Of a DNA stretch of 64,000 nt, positions 8,944-20,316 are shown in pieces. Source of the DNA: an uncultured Paraprevotella sp. (GTDB lineage Bacteria > Bacteroidota > Bacteroidia > Bacteroidales > Bacteroidaceae). The notes beneath the pieces were generated by a model. It was given only the letters and a program-made list of their open reading frames with translations. It had not been told where the DNA came from and did no database searches. The stretch lies in the NCBI GenBank assembly GCA_910586505.1, contig CAJUGV010000001.1, forward strand, positions 156,313 to 220,312, given 5' to 3'. Within the stretch, counting starts at the first letter, position 1, and each line of letters opens with the position of its first letter. A program made the translations under genes and the position numbers.

Positions 8944-11055
8944 TTATTTGCTCTTATAATTTCTCAAACCAGTCTGCAAGAAATCTATATATTTGTTGAC
9001 ATCCTCATCATAGGAATACGACTTATTAAGAGGCTTTCCGTCATTGTCAAGCAACACATAGAAAGGCTGGGCATTGGCTCCGAACTTGCAGCGTTGCAAG
9101 TAACTCCACTTGTCTCCCACGGTACGCAACGTGCGCTCCTGTCCGTTTTCCGTCACCTTGACAGGTTCCGGCAATTTGGTCTTCTCATCCACGAACAAGG
9201 TGATAAGCACGTAATCGTTCTGCATAATATCGGCCACTTTCTGGTCGGCCCACACCGCAAGTTCCATTTTACGGCAGTTGACGCATCCATATCCTGTGAA
9301 ATCCAGCATGACGGGTTTTCCCTGCTGACGGGCATATTCCATACCGGCCTCGTAATCCGTAAACTGTGCTTTTACTTCATTCTCATACAGATTGAAATCC
9401 TGTGTGCTCATCGGAGGAGAAAAAGCACTGATAGCCTTGAGCGGAGCGCCCCACAAACCGGGTACCATATAAATGGCAAAAGCAAAAGACACCAAGGCCA
9501 TAAAGAAACGGGGCACGGATGTACGATGATTCACAACCACATTGCCACAATCGTCGTACTCGTCTTCGTCATGCGGGAAACGCAACCATCCGATAAGATA
9601 AGCACCAAGCAAAGAGAAGATCACAATCCACAAACTCAAGAATGCTTCCCGATCAAGGATATGCCATCCATAGGCCAAATCGGCCACCGACAGGAACTTC
9701 AATGCAAAAGCAAGTTCAAGGAAACCAAGCGTTACTTTCACACAATTCATCCAGTTGCCGGACTTGGGCATTGTTTTCAACCAAGTCGGGAACATGGCAA
9801 ACAAAGTAAACGGCAGCGCCAAAGCCAAGGCAAAACCGAACATTCCGATTGCCGGAGCAAGAATACTTCCACCGGAAGTGGACACCTCTACCAGCAAAAA
9901 TCCGATAATCGGTCCCGTGCAGGAAAAAGAAACCAGCACCAACGTGAATGCCATCAGGAAAATACTCAGCAACCCGGTGGTTGACTCCGCCTTACTGTCC
10001 ACGGCATTGCTCCACGAAGAAGGCAACGTAATTTCAAACGCACCGAAGAAACTGGCTGCAAAAACAAGCAGCATCAGACAGAAGAAAAGATTAAAGAATG
10101 CGTTAGTCGACAAGGCATTCAGCGCACTAGCGCCGAAAATTCCCGTAACGGCCAAACCCAAAATCACATAGATCAGCACAATGCTTACCCCATAAGTGGC
10201 CGCATCACGGATTCCCTTCCTCTTATCTCCCGAACGTTTCAGGAAGAAACTCACCGTCATGGGAATAATCGGCCATACACAAGGTGTGAGCAAAGCAACC
10301 AAACCGCCGAGAAAACCTAAAAGAAAGATTTTCCACCAGCTCTGATTCGCCGCATTGGAAGCATCCTCGCCAAAGGAAGCCAACTCGTCGATTACGGGTG
10401 TCCAATAATCACTCACTCCCGCCACTACCGATGCTATCGTACCGTCCGATACCGACAGATCCACTGCATCCGGTACGACAGCCAATGTATCCGCACCGTC
10501 CGCCGACTGCTGTTGGTCTTCTTTACGTACCTCGTTCACATTCTCCTCGGCCTTTGTCTTGTCTTCGGCCTTATCTGCCGTAGCAGCCTTTGCCGCTGCA
10601 GGCTTGCCGGTTCCCGAAAACGCAAACTCCACATCAGAAGGAGGCATACAATTCTCATCATTACAAGCGCCGTAGTTCAGATAGCCCTTCACGGAATATG
10701 ACTCGGCCGTAATACGCATTTTCTGCACAAAGACGGCCGTCCCCTCCATATAGCTTACCTCCATTCCGAACATATTGTCGTATGCCTTATGCACATTGCC
10801 CCGCGCAGTCAGCTTACCTACTAGTTCAACACCTTTTCGCTCATCGAAATTAATCGTAGCAGGAGTAGGACCGCCACCAGCAATGTCGGTGCCGTATACA
10901 TGCCAACCCGCCTCAATATTTCCGGTAAACACAATCTCGAATTCAGAATCCGACAGTTTTACCTGAGAAACCGAGAAACTCACCGGCTCATGCAATTGCG
11001 CCCAAAGCGGCAATGCCATGACCCACAATAATAGTAACGAAGCTATTTTCTTCAT
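8944..11055 (-). CDS. dsbD: Thiol:disulfide interchange protein DsbD (DsbD N-domain, CcdA-like TM domain, thioredoxin domain)
   Basis: Start trimmed to MKKIASLLLLW (signal peptide; TATCTTTG promoter at 11078-11085); ACNDENC, LLTPCVWP, SFSCTGP and GCVNC motifs. Confidence 0.9.
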   Translation of the reverse strand: MKKIASLLLLWVMALPLWAQLHEPVSFSVSQVKLSDSEFEIVFTGNIEAGWHVYGTDIAGGGPTPATINFDERKGVELVGKLTARGNVHKAYDNMFGMEVSYMEGTAVFVQKMRITAESYSVKGYLNYGACNDENCMPPSDVEFAFSGTGKPAAAKAATADKAEDKTKAEENVNEVRKEDQQQSADGADTLAVVPDAVDLSVSDGTIASVVAGVSDYWTPVIDELASFGEDASNAANQSWWKIFLLGFLGGLVALLTPCVWPIIPMTVSFFLKRSGDKRKGIRDAATYGVSIVLIYVILGLAVTGIFGASALNALSTNAFFNLFFCLMLLVFAASFFGAFEITLPSSWSNAVDSKAESTTGLLSIFLMAFTLVLVSFSCTGPIIGFLLVEVSTSGGSILAPAIGMFGFALALALPFTLFAMFPTWLKTMPKSGNWMNCVKVTLGFLELAFALKFLSVADLAYGWHILDREAFLSLWIVIFSLLGAYLIGWLRFPHDEDEYDDCGNVVVNHRTSVPRFFMALVSFAFAIYMVPGLWGAPLKAISAFSPPMSTQDFNLYENEVKAQFTDYEAGMEYARQQGKPVMLDFTGYGCVNCRKMELAVWADQKVADIMQNDYVLITLFVDEKTKLPEPVKVTENGQERTLRTVGDKWSYLQRCKFGANAQPFYVLLDNDGKPLNKSYSYDEDVNKYIDFLQTGLRNYKSK

Positions 11056-11163
11056 AATCAAGTAAATTTTTATGCCACAAAGATAACAAAAGTGAAATGG
11101 TTTAAGCAATCCGAGAAAAGGAATCTGTATATTTTTACAGTTTTTTAGTTTTATGATTACAAC

Positions 11164-11198
11164 AAGAAAGCCCGTCCCCTTACGGGAACAGGCTTTCT
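11164..11198 (-). terminator. Probable terminator of pckA
   Basis: AGAAAGCCCGTCCC / GGGAACAGGCTTTCT imperfect stem just after the stop. Confidence 0.6.
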
Positions 11199-11221
11199 CT
11201 ATATTACATCTTATTATAAGA

Positions 11222-12826
11222 TTACATCTTCGGGCCTGCTGCAACCAGTGCCTTACCGGCATCGTTACCAGTAAACTTAGAGAAGTTCTTGATAAAGAGA
11301 CCTGCCAGGTTTTCAGCCTTCTTGGTCCACTCAGATGCATCTGCATAAGTGTCGCGCGGATCGAGGATATTAGGATCAACACCCGGCAACTCCGTCGGAA
11401 CCACGAAATCAAAGTAAGGAATGGTCTTGGTAGGAGCCTTGTCAATCGAGCCGTCCAGGATCGCATCGATGATACCGCGGGTATCGCGAATGGAGATACG
11501 CTTGCCGGTTCCGTTCCATCCGGTATTCACCAGATAAGCCTTGGCACCTACCTTGTTCATCTTCTTCACGAGTTCTTCGGCATACTTCGTAGGATGCAAG
11601 CTCAGGAAAGCAGCACCGAAGCAAGCAGAGAATGTCGGAGTCGGTTCAGTGATACCGCGCTCTGTTCCGGCCAACTTGGCTGTAAATCCGGAGAGGAAGT
11701 AGTACTGTGCCTGCTGATCGTTCAGGATAGAAACGGGAGGCAACACACCGAAGGCATCGGCAGACAGGAAGATAACCTGCTTAGCATGAGGACCCTTGGA
11801 AATGGGCTTCACGATATTCTCGATGTGATAGATAGGATAAGACACGCGGGTGTTTTCAGTTACGCTCTTGTCTGCGAAATCGATCTTACCGTCTTCTGCA
11901 ACCGTTACGTTCTCCAACAAAGCGTCACGCTTGATTGCATTGTAGATATCGGGTTCAGACTCCTTGTCAAGGTTGATAACCTTGGCATAGCATCCGCCTT
12001 CGTAGTTGAACACGCCTTCATCGTCCCATCCGTGCTCGTCATCACCGATCAACTTACGCTTCGGATCGGTAGACAAAGTGGTCTTACCCGTACCTGAGAG
12101 ACCGAAGAAGATGGCAGAGCTTGTTCCTTCCATATCTGTATTTGCAGAGCAGTGCATGGAAGCGATGCCGCGCAAGGGGTTGAAGTAGTTCATCATAGAG
12201 AACATACCCTTCTTCATTTCACCACCATACCATGTATTGATGATAACCTGTTCCTTAGAAGTAAGATTGAACACAACGGCTGTCTCAGAATTCAAGCCCA
12301 GTTCCTGATAGTTCTCCACCTTCGTCTTAGAAGCATTGTAAACCACGAAATCAGGTTCGAAATCTTTCAGTTCCTCTTCCGTAGCACGGATGAACATGTT
12401 GGTCACGAAGTGAGCCTGCCATGCAACCTCCATGATGAAACGAACCTTCAGGCAAGTAGCCTTATTGGCACCGCAGAAGCAGTCTACTACAAAGAGTTTC
12501 TTGTTTGACAGTTCTTTAACGGCCAGTTCCTTCAGTGTATTCCAAGCTGCGGGAGTTACAGGCTTATTGTCATTCTTATATTCTTCTGAAGTCCACCATA
12601 CCGTATCCTGAGAGGTTTCGTCCTTTACGATAAATTTGTCCTTGGGAGAACGACCGGTGTAGATACCTGTCATCACGTTCACCGTGCCCAGTTCCGTTAC
12701 CTGACCTTTTTCAAAACCTTCCAGACCGGCTTTAGTCTCTTCCTGAAACAACACATCATAAGACGGGTTGTGAAGAACCTCAACAGTTCCGGTAATACCG
12801 TACTTACTCAAATCTAAATTTGCCAT
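11222..12826 (-). CDS. pckA: Phosphoenolpyruvate carboxykinase (ATP)
   Basis: [35 protein letters not shown] and EGGCYAK motifs; promoter TACTTTTG at 12887-12894 (minus). Confidence 0.97.
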   Translation of the reverse strand: MANLDLSKYGITGTVEVLHNPSYDVLFQEETKAGLEGFEKGQVTELGTVNVMTGIYTGRSPKDKFIVKDETSQDTVWWTSEEYKNDNKPVTPAAWNTLKELAVKELSNKKLFVVDCFCGANKATCLKVRFIMEVAWQAHFVTNMFIRATEEELKDFEPDFVVYNASKTKVENYQELGLNSETAVVFNLTSKEQVIINTWYGGEMKKGMFSMMNYFNPLRGIASMHCSANTDMEGTSSAIFFGLSGTGKTTLSTDPKRKLIGDDEHGWDDEGVFNYEGGCYAKVINLDKESEPDIYNAIKRDALLENVTVAEDGKIDFADKSVTENTRVSYPIYHIENIVKPISKGPHAKQVIFLSADAFGVLPPVSILNDQQAQYYFLSGFTAKLAGTERGITEPTPTFSACFGAAFLSLHPTKYAEELVKKMNKVGAKAYLVNTGWNGTGKRISIRDTRGIIDAILDGSIDKAPTKTIPYFDFVVPTELPGVDPNILDPRDTYADASEWTKKAENLAGLFIKNFSKFTGNDAGKALVAAGPKM

Positions 12827-13069
12827 TTTCCTAAAATAATATTTGGTTAGAAATCAATTCTATAGAAAAACTCTATTTTGCGCTTACAAAAGTACAAAGA
12901 AAAGCGTGTCCCTGAAACTTTCAGCTTAATATTTTTCTTAATTCAGAAACATTCTTCCGTTAAATTTCCCAAAAGCTAAAGGCCGCAACCACATTTGCCA
13001 AACGGAGTTTACATTTTCAAGAAGTTTTTGTTACTTTTGTTCCAAAATATTCGTTTTAATCCATCTAAC

Positions 13070-13729
13070 ATGAAAGTAATCAACTTCGCAGAACAACAAA
13101 CAGTCGTCAACAAATACATGTCGGAACTGCGTGACGTACGCATCCAGAAAGACAGGGCACGGTTCCGCCGCAACCTGGAAAGAATAGGGGAAGCCATGGC
13201 TTTCGAAATCAGCAAAACACTGGATTATTCGGCAAAAGACATCAGAACCCCGCTGGGCACGGCCAGCACCTTGCTGTATGACGACTCCATCGTGCTGGGC
13301 ACCATATTCCGGGCCGGCCTCCCCTTTCATCAAGGTTTTCTGAACATCTTCGAAGAGGCCGACAACGCTTTCGTCTCGGCCTACCGCTTCTACAAGGACA
13401 AAGAATGTCACGAAGTGGGCATACATATAGAATATCTGGCTTCACCGGACCTGAACGGGAAAACGCTCATCATCGCCGACCCCATGCTGGCCACAGGAGG
13501 AAGCATGGAACTGGGCCTGAAAGCCTTCGAGACAAAAGGAATCCCCGCCAAAGTACATCTATGCAGCACCATAGCCAGCCGGAAAGGCGTGGATTATCTG
13601 ACAGAAGCGTTCAAGGACACGGACTATACCTTGTGGTGCGGTGCCATCGACCCTGAATTGAACGACCACATGTATATCGTGCCCGGACTTGGCGATGCAG
13701 GTGACCTGGCCTACGGAGAGAAATTATAA
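13070..13729 (+). CDS. upp: Uracil phosphoribosyltransferase
   Basis: IFRAG, ADPMLATGGS and YIVPGLGDAGD motifs; start trimmed to ATG 13070, downstream of TACTTTTG at 13032-13039. Confidence 0.95.
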   Translation: MKVINFAEQQTVVNKYMSELRDVRIQKDRARFRRNLERIGEAMAFEISKTLDYSAKDIRTPLGTASTLLYDDSIVLGTIFRAGLPFHQGFLNIFEEADNAFVSAYRFYKDKECHEVGIHIEYLASPDLNGKTLIIADPMLATGGSMELGLKAFETKGIPAKVHLCSTIASRKGVDYLTEAFKDTDYTLWCGAIDPELNDHMYIVPGLGDAGDLAYGEKL

Positions 13730-13857
13730 TCCCCGACACCGCCCGTATTGTCATATATGCCTTATCGGCGATACGGACCGCAACGGACCGACCGGGGCTT
13801 CACCGGCACCTTGCCGGATCGGCATGTGCAGTGCTTAAAACTTTTGTCCTCATGAAA

Positions 13858-13906
13858 ATAAAAAATGATGCGGAGTATTTTTCATTTTACTCCGCATCAT
13901 TTTTTT
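13858..13906. terminator. Bidirectional terminator between upp and the korB-like gene
   Basis: AAAAATGATGCGGAGTA / TACTCCGCATCATTTTT inverted repeat. Confidence 0.8.
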
Positions 13907-13951
13907 GCATACTAAGTTACACTGACAATCAGCAGCTTATGTAATCCAATA

Positions 13952-14959
13952 TTATTCCCTTACTTCCCAGACATCGTTGGTATGGAGCAACTCCGTAAAG
14001 TTATGGTAGGGTTTCTTCGCTTTCACCTCTTCAATCTGGCTGTTTACGGCCCCGTCATAAGTGGGAGCCTCCACATCACGGATCACACCCAACGCCACCG
14101 GGAAATCCGGACCTTCCATCAGCGCAAGTTTCAGATGTAAGGTGTTATCCGCACAATGAGCATCATGCACAAGAATATCCTGTTCCGTCACGCCGTTCTC
14201 ATTCAGTCTGACCACTTTCAGTCCGAATCCTTCCTGCATCAGTCCGTATTCATTGTTCTCTCCGAACAGCATCGGTTTCCCGTGCTCCAGATAAATGGCA
14301 TGTCTGGCACGTCCTTCCTTCGTATATACCGACTCATGGGTTCCGTCGTTGAATATCACGCAGTTCTGCAAGATTTCACAAACCGAGGCCCCCTTATGTG
14401 CATGGGCGGCTTTCAGGATCTCCACCGTACCGGCCGCGTCCGTAGCCACCGCACGTGCAAAGAAACGTCCGCGGGCACCAAAACAAAGCTCCGCCGGACA
14501 GAACGGATCTTCTACTGTTCCATAGGGAGACGACTTGCTGACAAATCCTCTCGGGGAAGTAGGAGAATACTGCCCTTTTGTCAATCCGTAAATACGGTTG
14601 TTCAGCAATATCATATTGATGTCCACATTGCGGCGGACAGCATGGATAAAGTGATTGCCGCCGATCGCAAGGCCGTCGCCGTCGCCGGAGATCTGCCATA
14701 CCGAAATGCCGGGATTGGCCACTTTGAATCCGGTGGCTATCGCGGCGGCACGACCGTGAATCGTCTGCATGGCGTATGTATTCATGTAATAAGGCAGACG
14801 GCTGGAACATCCGATACCGGAAATCACTGCCGTTTCATGCGGCGGCACACCGATCTCTGCCATAGCCTTATGCAAAGAAGCCAGAAAAAAATGGTCTCCG
14901 CATCCGGGACACCAGCGCGGCTGTCCCTTCTTATAATCTTTTGCTGTATATTCGCTCAT
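13952..14959 (-). CDS. 2-oxoacid:ferredoxin oxidoreductase beta subunit (KorB-like)
   Basis: WCPGCG, SGIGCS and GDGD...NN TPP-binding motif. Confidence 0.93.
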   Translation of the reverse strand: MSEYTAKDYKKGQPRWCPGCGDHFFLASLHKAMAEIGVPPHETAVISGIGCSSRLPYYMNTYAMQTIHGRAAAIATGFKVANPGISVWQISGDGDGLAIGGNHFIHAVRRNVDINMILLNNRIYGLTKGQYSPTSPRGFVSKSSPYGTVEDPFCPAELCFGARGRFFARAVATDAAGTVEILKAAHAHKGASVCEILQNCVIFNDGTHESVYTKEGRARHAIYLEHGKPMLFGENNEYGLMQEGFGLKVVRLNENGVTEQDILVHDAHCADNTLHLKLALMEGPDFPVALGVIRDVEAPTYDGAVNSQIEEVKAKKPYHNFTELLHTNDVWEVRE

Positions 14960-14984
14960 TTCCTTTTATTCTTCAATGTTTTGA

Positions 14985-16832
14985 CTATTTGTTATATATC
15001 GCGGTGAAAGCATCTACCAGTTCGGAGACAACAAAGGGCTGTCCCTTGACCTGATTGAACTGATAGGGCACGAAACCGTCTACCTTCATGCGAAGATATG
15101 CGGCAAACTGCCCCAGATTCTGTTCAGCCACCACTACCTTCTTAAAACGGCCCAGCACTTCGGCGGTATTGGCCGGTAGCGGATTCAGATAAGAGAAATG
15201 AGCCAGGGCCACCTTCTTGCCCGAAGCCATCATCTCGTCCATTGCCGAATGCAAATGGCCATAGGTTCCGCCAAATCCCACAATAAGGAGCTCCGCATCA
15301 TCGGCACACCCCTGCACCTCTACGTCGGGTACGGGGATCTTAGCCACCTTCTCGGCACGCAGACGGCACATTCTGTCATGATTGTCGGGATCGGTACTGA
15401 TGGCTCCCGTGCGGCCGTCCTTCTCGAGTCCTCCGAGGATATGCATACAGTCTTCCTGACCGGGAATGGCCCAATACCTCACCAACGTATCCGGATTGCG
15501 CATGTACGGTGTGTAGTTGCCGGCCATCTCAGGCGTGGCATAAGGAGGACAAATGTCCGGATACTCATTCAGATCGGGAAGTTTGAACGCTCCCGATCCG
15601 TTTGCCACAAAAGCATCTGTAAGCAACACCACCGGAGTCATATGTTCAAGAGCCATTTTCGAAGCATAGTAAGCCGCATCGAAACAATTGGTAGGCGAAG
15701 TGGCGGCTATCACCGGCATCGGCGACTCACCGTTTCTTCCGAAAAGCGCCTGCAGCAGATCTGTCTGTTCGCTCTTAGTAGGCAAACCGGTCGACGGCCC
15801 TCCTCTCTGCACGTTCAGTATGACAAGCGGCAATTCCGTTATCACGGCAAGGTTCATCGCCTCCGACTTCAGGCACACCCCAGGACCGGAAGTAGAAGTC
15901 ACAGCCAGCGCGCCGGCAAAAGCCGCGCCCACGGAAGAGGCACATCCGGCAATTTCATCCTCACACTGCACCGTAGTCACACCCAAGCTCTTGTGCTTGG
16001 ACAACTCATGCAGTACGTCGGTTGCCGGAGTGATAGGATAAGAACCGAGGAACAGACGCTTGCCGGCCTTCTCGGCAGCAGCTATAAAACCGTAAGCCGT
16101 AGCCTTATTCCCCATAATATCCATGTATTTGCCTGGCTTTTTGGTTTTAGACTCCACCTTATAAGTATGCGCTACAGAGGCATGAGTGTTGGCTCCGTAA
16201 TCATAACCGGCCTGAATGACCTTAATATTGGCTTCAGCTATAGCCGGCTTCCTGGCAAACTTTTCACGCAACATATTAAATGCGATCTCCAGGTCGCGGT
16301 TGAACAACCAGCATACCAGTCCAAGCGCAAACATATTGCGACACTTCAAGACCGCTTTATTGTCCATCCCCGAATCAGCCAGACAATCCTTTACCATCTG
16401 GGTAATCGGAGCAGCGATCACATCATTCTTTATGTCGAGTTCGTCAATAGGATTATCCGTCGTGAAAGCGGCCTTTTCCAGGTCTTTGGCCTGAAAACTG
16501 TCCGTATCAATAATTATGCACGCAGTAGACTTAGCATATTTGTATTGTGTCTTCAAAGCAGCCGCATTCATCGCCACAAGCACATCGCACAAATCGCCAG
16601 GGGTATAAACACGTTCCGCTCCGATATGCACTTGAAAACCGGAAACTCCGGTCAACGATCCCTGCGGAGCACGAATATCCGCCGGATAATCGGGAAATGT
16701 ACAAATGTCATTTCCCACTGTCGCAGAGACCGTAGAGAAAATATTACCGGCCAACTGCATTCCATCTCCCGAATCTCCAGAGAAACGAACCACTACCTGA
16801 TCCACATCCTTTACTTCTAATCTATCAGCCAT
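14985..16832 (-). CDS. 2-oxoacid:ferredoxin oxidoreductase alpha subunit (KorA-like, gamma-alpha fusion)
   Basis: SGDSGDGMQ, YPITP, EDEI, TSGPG and QRGGPSTGLPT motifs. Confidence 0.93.
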   Translation of the reverse strand: MADRLEVKDVDQVVVRFSGDSGDGMQLAGNIFSTVSATVGNDICTFPDYPADIRAPQGSLTGVSGFQVHIGAERVYTPGDLCDVLVAMNAAALKTQYKYAKSTACIIIDTDSFQAKDLEKAAFTTDNPIDELDIKNDVIAAPITQMVKDCLADSGMDNKAVLKCRNMFALGLVCWLFNRDLEIAFNMLREKFARKPAIAEANIKVIQAGYDYGANTHASVAHTYKVESKTKKPGKYMDIMGNKATAYGFIAAAEKAGKRLFLGSYPITPATDVLHELSKHKSLGVTTVQCEDEIAGCASSVGAAFAGALAVTSTSGPGVCLKSEAMNLAVITELPLVILNVQRGGPSTGLPTKSEQTDLLQALFGRNGESPMPVIAATSPTNCFDAAYYASKMALEHMTPVVLLTDAFVANGSGAFKLPDLNEYPDICPPYATPEMAGNYTPYMRNPDTLVRYWAIPGQEDCMHILGGLEKDGRTGAISTDPDNHDRMCRLRAEKVAKIPVPDVEVQGCADDAELLIVGFGGTYGHLHSAMDEMMASGKKVALAHFSYLNPLPANTAEVLGRFKKVVVAEQNLGQFAAYLRMKVDGFVPYQFNQVKGQPFVVSELVDAFTAIYNK

Positions 16833-17059
16833 ACTTTTTATAGTATTTTTATAATTACTGTATATTCTTCACATCTAAAAACTGCAAATATCGTAAAGAT
16901 ATGCATAAAATCAAAATATTTTGCTGTTAAATCCCCCTTTAAATCAAAGAATTTATCGTAGACACAGAGGCACACTACGCTTCATTTTTTATAAAAGATT
17001 TCCTCGCAAGTATTCGGTTTTTTAAGGAGAAACCGCTAACTTTGCAAAGAAATCGGCCA

Positions 17060-17131
17060 GCCCCTGTAGTTCAATGGATAGAACTACGGTTTCCTAAACC
17101 GCCAATCCGGGTTCGATTCCCGGCGGGGGTA
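17060..17131 (+). tRNA. tRNA-Arg (anticodon CCT)
   Basis: GCCCCTG...CGGGGGT acceptor stem, D arm GTTCAATGGATAGAAC, anticodon loop TTCCTAA (CCT at 17093-17095), T arm CCGGGTTCGATTCCCGG; CCA not encoded; promoter TAACTTTG at 17037-17044. Confidence 0.95.
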
Positions 17132-17133
17132 CT

Positions 17134-17178
17134 AAAAAAAGAACCGGTCTACACATCTGTGTAGACCGGTTCTTTTTA
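17134..17178. terminator. Bidirectional terminator shared by tRNA-Arg and secDF
   Basis: AAAAAAGAACCGGTCTACAC-ATCT-GTGTAGACCGGTTCTTTTTT. Confidence 0.9.
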
Positions 17179-17198
17179 TATTTATTTTCCAATCCGTC

Positions 17199-20100
17199 TT
17201 ATTTGACTTCATCCTCGTCTTTAATATGTTGCCCCATAGAAAGGAATGCTACAGGAGCTGCCATAAAGATAGAAGAACATGTACCTATCACCACACCGAG
17301 AATCATGGCAAACGAAAAACTGCGGATGCTCTCTCCTCCGAAGAAGAAGATACACAGCAACACGAGCAAGGTAGTCAATGAGGTGTTGATGGTACGAGAC
17401 AACGTAGTGTTCAAAGAATCATTGAACAGACGCTGACGGTCGCGCTTCGGATATAAATGGAGGAACTCGCGTATACGGTCGAATACCACCACCTTATCAT
17501 TAATAGAATAACCGATAGCCGTCAGGATTGCACCGATAAACGTCTGGTCTATCTCCAAAGAGAACGGCACCCATCCCCAACAAATGGAATACGCACCGAT
17601 TATCAACAGTGTATCTATCGTCAATGCCAATACAGCACCAAAAGAGAACGCCACATTATGGAACCGGATCAAGATATAAACGAAAATGGCGATCAAGGCC
17701 AGCACGACCGAAAGGATAGCTCCATGTGTAATATCTTCCGCTACGGACGGACCTACCTTTTCAGAACTGATAATAGATCCTCCCGCACGCTCGTCACGGT
17801 TGATAAACGTCTGCAAATCCAATTGCTGATCCAACAATCCGCCATCCTTAAGCGTTTCATACAAAGTCTTCTCTATTTCAGTATCTACTTCCGTACCTTC
17901 TTCGTTTATCTGATAGTTTGTAGAAATTCTCACCGTACGATGATCCGTACCCAAAGCTATCACCTGCACGTTGGCATCACCAAACTTATTTTGCAACAAC
18001 ACCCGTACAGCCTCCGGCTCCACCTCTTTCTCAAACATTACCACGAAATTACGGCCGCCGGTAAAATCAATACCCTTACTCAATCCGCGAACGAACAAAG
18101 AAGCTATGCTTACAAGCACCAATATACCAAACACAACAAACGACTTCTTGTAGGCACTCATAAACTTATACTTGGGATTACTCATGAACTTACGCGAAAG
18201 TGAAGTCATAAATGTCAAGTTCATCCACTTGTCCTTATTGAGGAAGTGTTCGTAAACAATGCGGGTCAGGTACACGGCTGTAAAGAAAGACACGAGGATA
18301 CCGATGATCAAAGTAGTTGCAAAGCCACGGATCGGTCCTGTACCGAAATTATACAAAATAATACCCGTAATGATAGACGTCAGGTTGGAGTCGAAAATAG
18401 CGGAGAAAGCGTTGGAATAACCGTCGGCCAAAGCCGCACGAACCGTCTTTCCGGCCCGCAGTTCCTCTTTTGTACGCTCATATATCAACACATTTGCATC
18501 CACAGCCATACCCAAAGACAGTACCATACCGGCAATACCGGACATTGTCAACGCTGCCTGGAACGAAGTCAATACACCAAGAGTGAAGAAGAAATTCAGT
18601 ATCAAAGCTGCATTAGCGACCATTCCGGGAATAAGTCCGTACATGCCGCACATATAAACCATCAACAATACAAAAGCTATCACAAAAGAAGTCATACCCT
18701 TGTTGATGGATTCCTGTCCTAATGTAGGACCAACCACTTGTTCCGACACAATATGTGCAGGAGCAGGCATCTTACCTGTATTTAATACATTGGCCAAGTC
18801 ACGTGTATCTTCGAGTGTAAAATGTCCTGTAATAGAAGAGATACCGCCAGTGATTTCATTCTGTACCGTAGGAGCACTGTACACATAACCGTCAAGTACA
18901 ATGGCTATGGCACGCTTCACATTCTTCTTGGTCAACGCAGCCCAACGACGCGCCCCGTCCGAGTTCATCGTCATACTCACACATGGACGTCCATTCTGTT
19001 CGTAGTCATCCTTAGCATTGGTCACCACATCACCTTCCAACGGCGCACGTCCGTTACGTTCCGTAACCTTGATAGCATACAACTCAAAGATGTCACCCAT
19101 GTTACCTCTTCCCATGGGCTTCACTCCCCAATAAAGTTTCAGATCGGAAGGTAACACCTCCTTGGCAATGGCCGAATTGATATAACGATTCACTACGGCC
19201 GTATCACGCCATCCGGCATAACCTACGACACAACCACCCATTGAGCCTTGTGCCAGTTGCAGCACAGATGCCAGCGGATGTTTCTTTGCCACTTCACTAT
19301 CCACGGCAACATTTTTCTCCGTCACAGCCCCTCCTTTCAGAGCAGAAGCCAAATCTTTAGCAGTACCTGCAACCGTATCAGCTATTTCCGACACCATTTC
19401 CGTTTCAACTTCCACCGTATCCGTTTCAGTCAACGAATTCTCGGCAGCTAAACGGGAGTCCAATGTAGCCAGGAAAGGTACAATTTCTTCCGTATTATAC
19501 GTTTCCCAAAATTCCAAATTAGCACTACCCTGCAAAAGTTTACGCACACGTTCGGGTTCTTTCACTCCGGGCATCTCGACCATGATACGCCCCATCTGTC
19601 CCTCCAATGTTTGGATATTAGGCTGTACCACACCGAAACGGTCAATACGCGTACGAAGCACATTATAAGAGTTCTCAATTGCAAAATCCACCTCAGAGCG
19701 CAACACTTTCTCTACCTCAGAGTCCGTGCTCTTCGTAGTCACCTTACCTTTCAGTTGCTGTGTAGCAAAAAGCTCAGCCAAACTACTGTTCGGCGCCAAT
19801 GCTTTATATTCTTTTATAAATAAGGTAATAAAATCACTCTGGCTATTCTTAGCCCCTTCCGCAGCCTGTGCCACTGCCTTGTTGAATGCCGGGTCCTCCT
19901 TATGATCAGCCAATGCCTTTATCACCTCCGGTACTGAAACCTCAAGAATGACATTCATACCACCTTTCAGGTCCAAACCCAGGCTGATCTCCATTTCGCG
20001 ACAATTCTTAAGAGTATAAGCGCCCAACCATACCGGATTGTTCATCACAGAGTCCAGATAATGCGCGCCGGCCTCTTCACCCTGTGTCTTGGTAATCTCA

Positions 20101-20207
20101 TCCACCTTGTTCATCTGGTAAGTAGTCACAAATGAGAAAGAGAGATAAAAGACGCATACAAGGGTCAACAGCAAAGCGAAAACTTTAACAAATCCTTTGT
20201 TTTGCAT
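17199..20207 (-). CDS. secDF: Protein translocase subunit SecDF (fused)
   Basis: LGLDLKGG, GMAVDANVLIYER, GIDFTGG and GYSINDKVVVFDRIRE motifs. Confidence 0.96.
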   Translation of the reverse strand: MQNKGFVKVFALLLTLVCVFYLSFSFVTTYQMNKVDEITKTQGEEAGAHYLDSVMNNPVWLGAYTLKNCREMEISLGLDLKGGMNVILEVSVPEVIKALADHKEDPAFNKAVAQAAEGAKNSQSDFITLFIKEYKALAPNSSLAELFATQQLKGKVTTKSTDSEVEKVLRSEVDFAIENSYNVLRTRIDRFGVVQPNIQTLEGQMGRIMVEMPGVKEPERVRKLLQGSANLEFWETYNTEEIVPFLATLDSRLAAENSLTETDTVEVETEMVSEIADTVAGTAKDLASALKGGAVTEKNVAVDSEVAKKHPLASVLQLAQGSMGGCVVGYAGWRDTAVVNRYINSAIAKEVLPSDLKLYWGVKPMGRGNMGDIFELYAIKVTERNGRAPLEGDVVTNAKDDYEQNGRPCVSMTMNSDGARRWAALTKKNVKRAIAIVLDGYVYSAPTVQNEITGGISSITGHFTLEDTRDLANVLNTGKMPAPAHIVSEQVVGPTLGQESINKGMTSFVIAFVLLMVYMCGMYGLIPGMVANAALILNFFFTLGVLTSFQAALTMSGIAGMVLSLGMAVDANVLIYERTKEELRAGKTVRAALADGYSNAFSAIFDSNLTSIITGIILYNFGTGPIRGFATTLIIGILVSFFTAVYLTRIVYEHFLNKDKWMNLTFMTSLSRKFMSNPKYKFMSAYKKSFVVFGILVLVSIASLFVRGLSKGIDFTGGRNFVVMFEKEVEPEAVRVLLQNKFGDANVQVIALGTDHRTVRISTNYQINEEGTEVDTEIEKTLYETLKDGGLLDQQLDLQTFINRDERAGGSIISSEKVGPSVAEDITHGAILSVVLALIAIFVYILIRFHNVAFSFGAVLALTIDTLLIIGAYSICWGWVPFSLEIDQTFIGAILTAIGYSINDKVVVFDRIREFLHLYPKRDRQRLFNDSLNTTLSRTINTSLTTLLVLLCIFFFGGESIRSFSFAMILGVVIGTCSSIFMAAPVAFLSMGQHIKDEDEVK

Positions 20208-20316
20208 TTTGATAAATTATTATAATGTTATTATTTAATAGCTAAATTGACTACAAAGGCGCAAATATAACGTTTTTTTCATAGTAAAGCAGCAAGTAGG
20301 CCGATTTATTTATGCC

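Noticed and set aside
8830..9984. 384-aa plus-strand ORF and similar long antisense ORFs (15198-16820, 11153-12097, 6136-7023, 14156-15007)
   Set aside because: Antisense shadows of well-supported genes, with no recognisable motifs.
11056..11466. 137-aa N-terminal extension of dsbD in the ORF track
   Set aside because: It runs through the pckA end, terminator and promoter; the signal peptide starts at 11055. The same logic trims upp, RNase H, acpP, GH3, AsnC and the M28 gene.
13730..13857. GC-rich small hairpins after upp as an sRNA
   Set aside because: Short imperfect stems with no promoter or known motif; most simply a 3' UTR.
17060..17198. tRNA-Arg as an integration site
   Set aside because: Followed directly by a terminator and secDF; no integrase and no duplicated tRNA 3' end seen.
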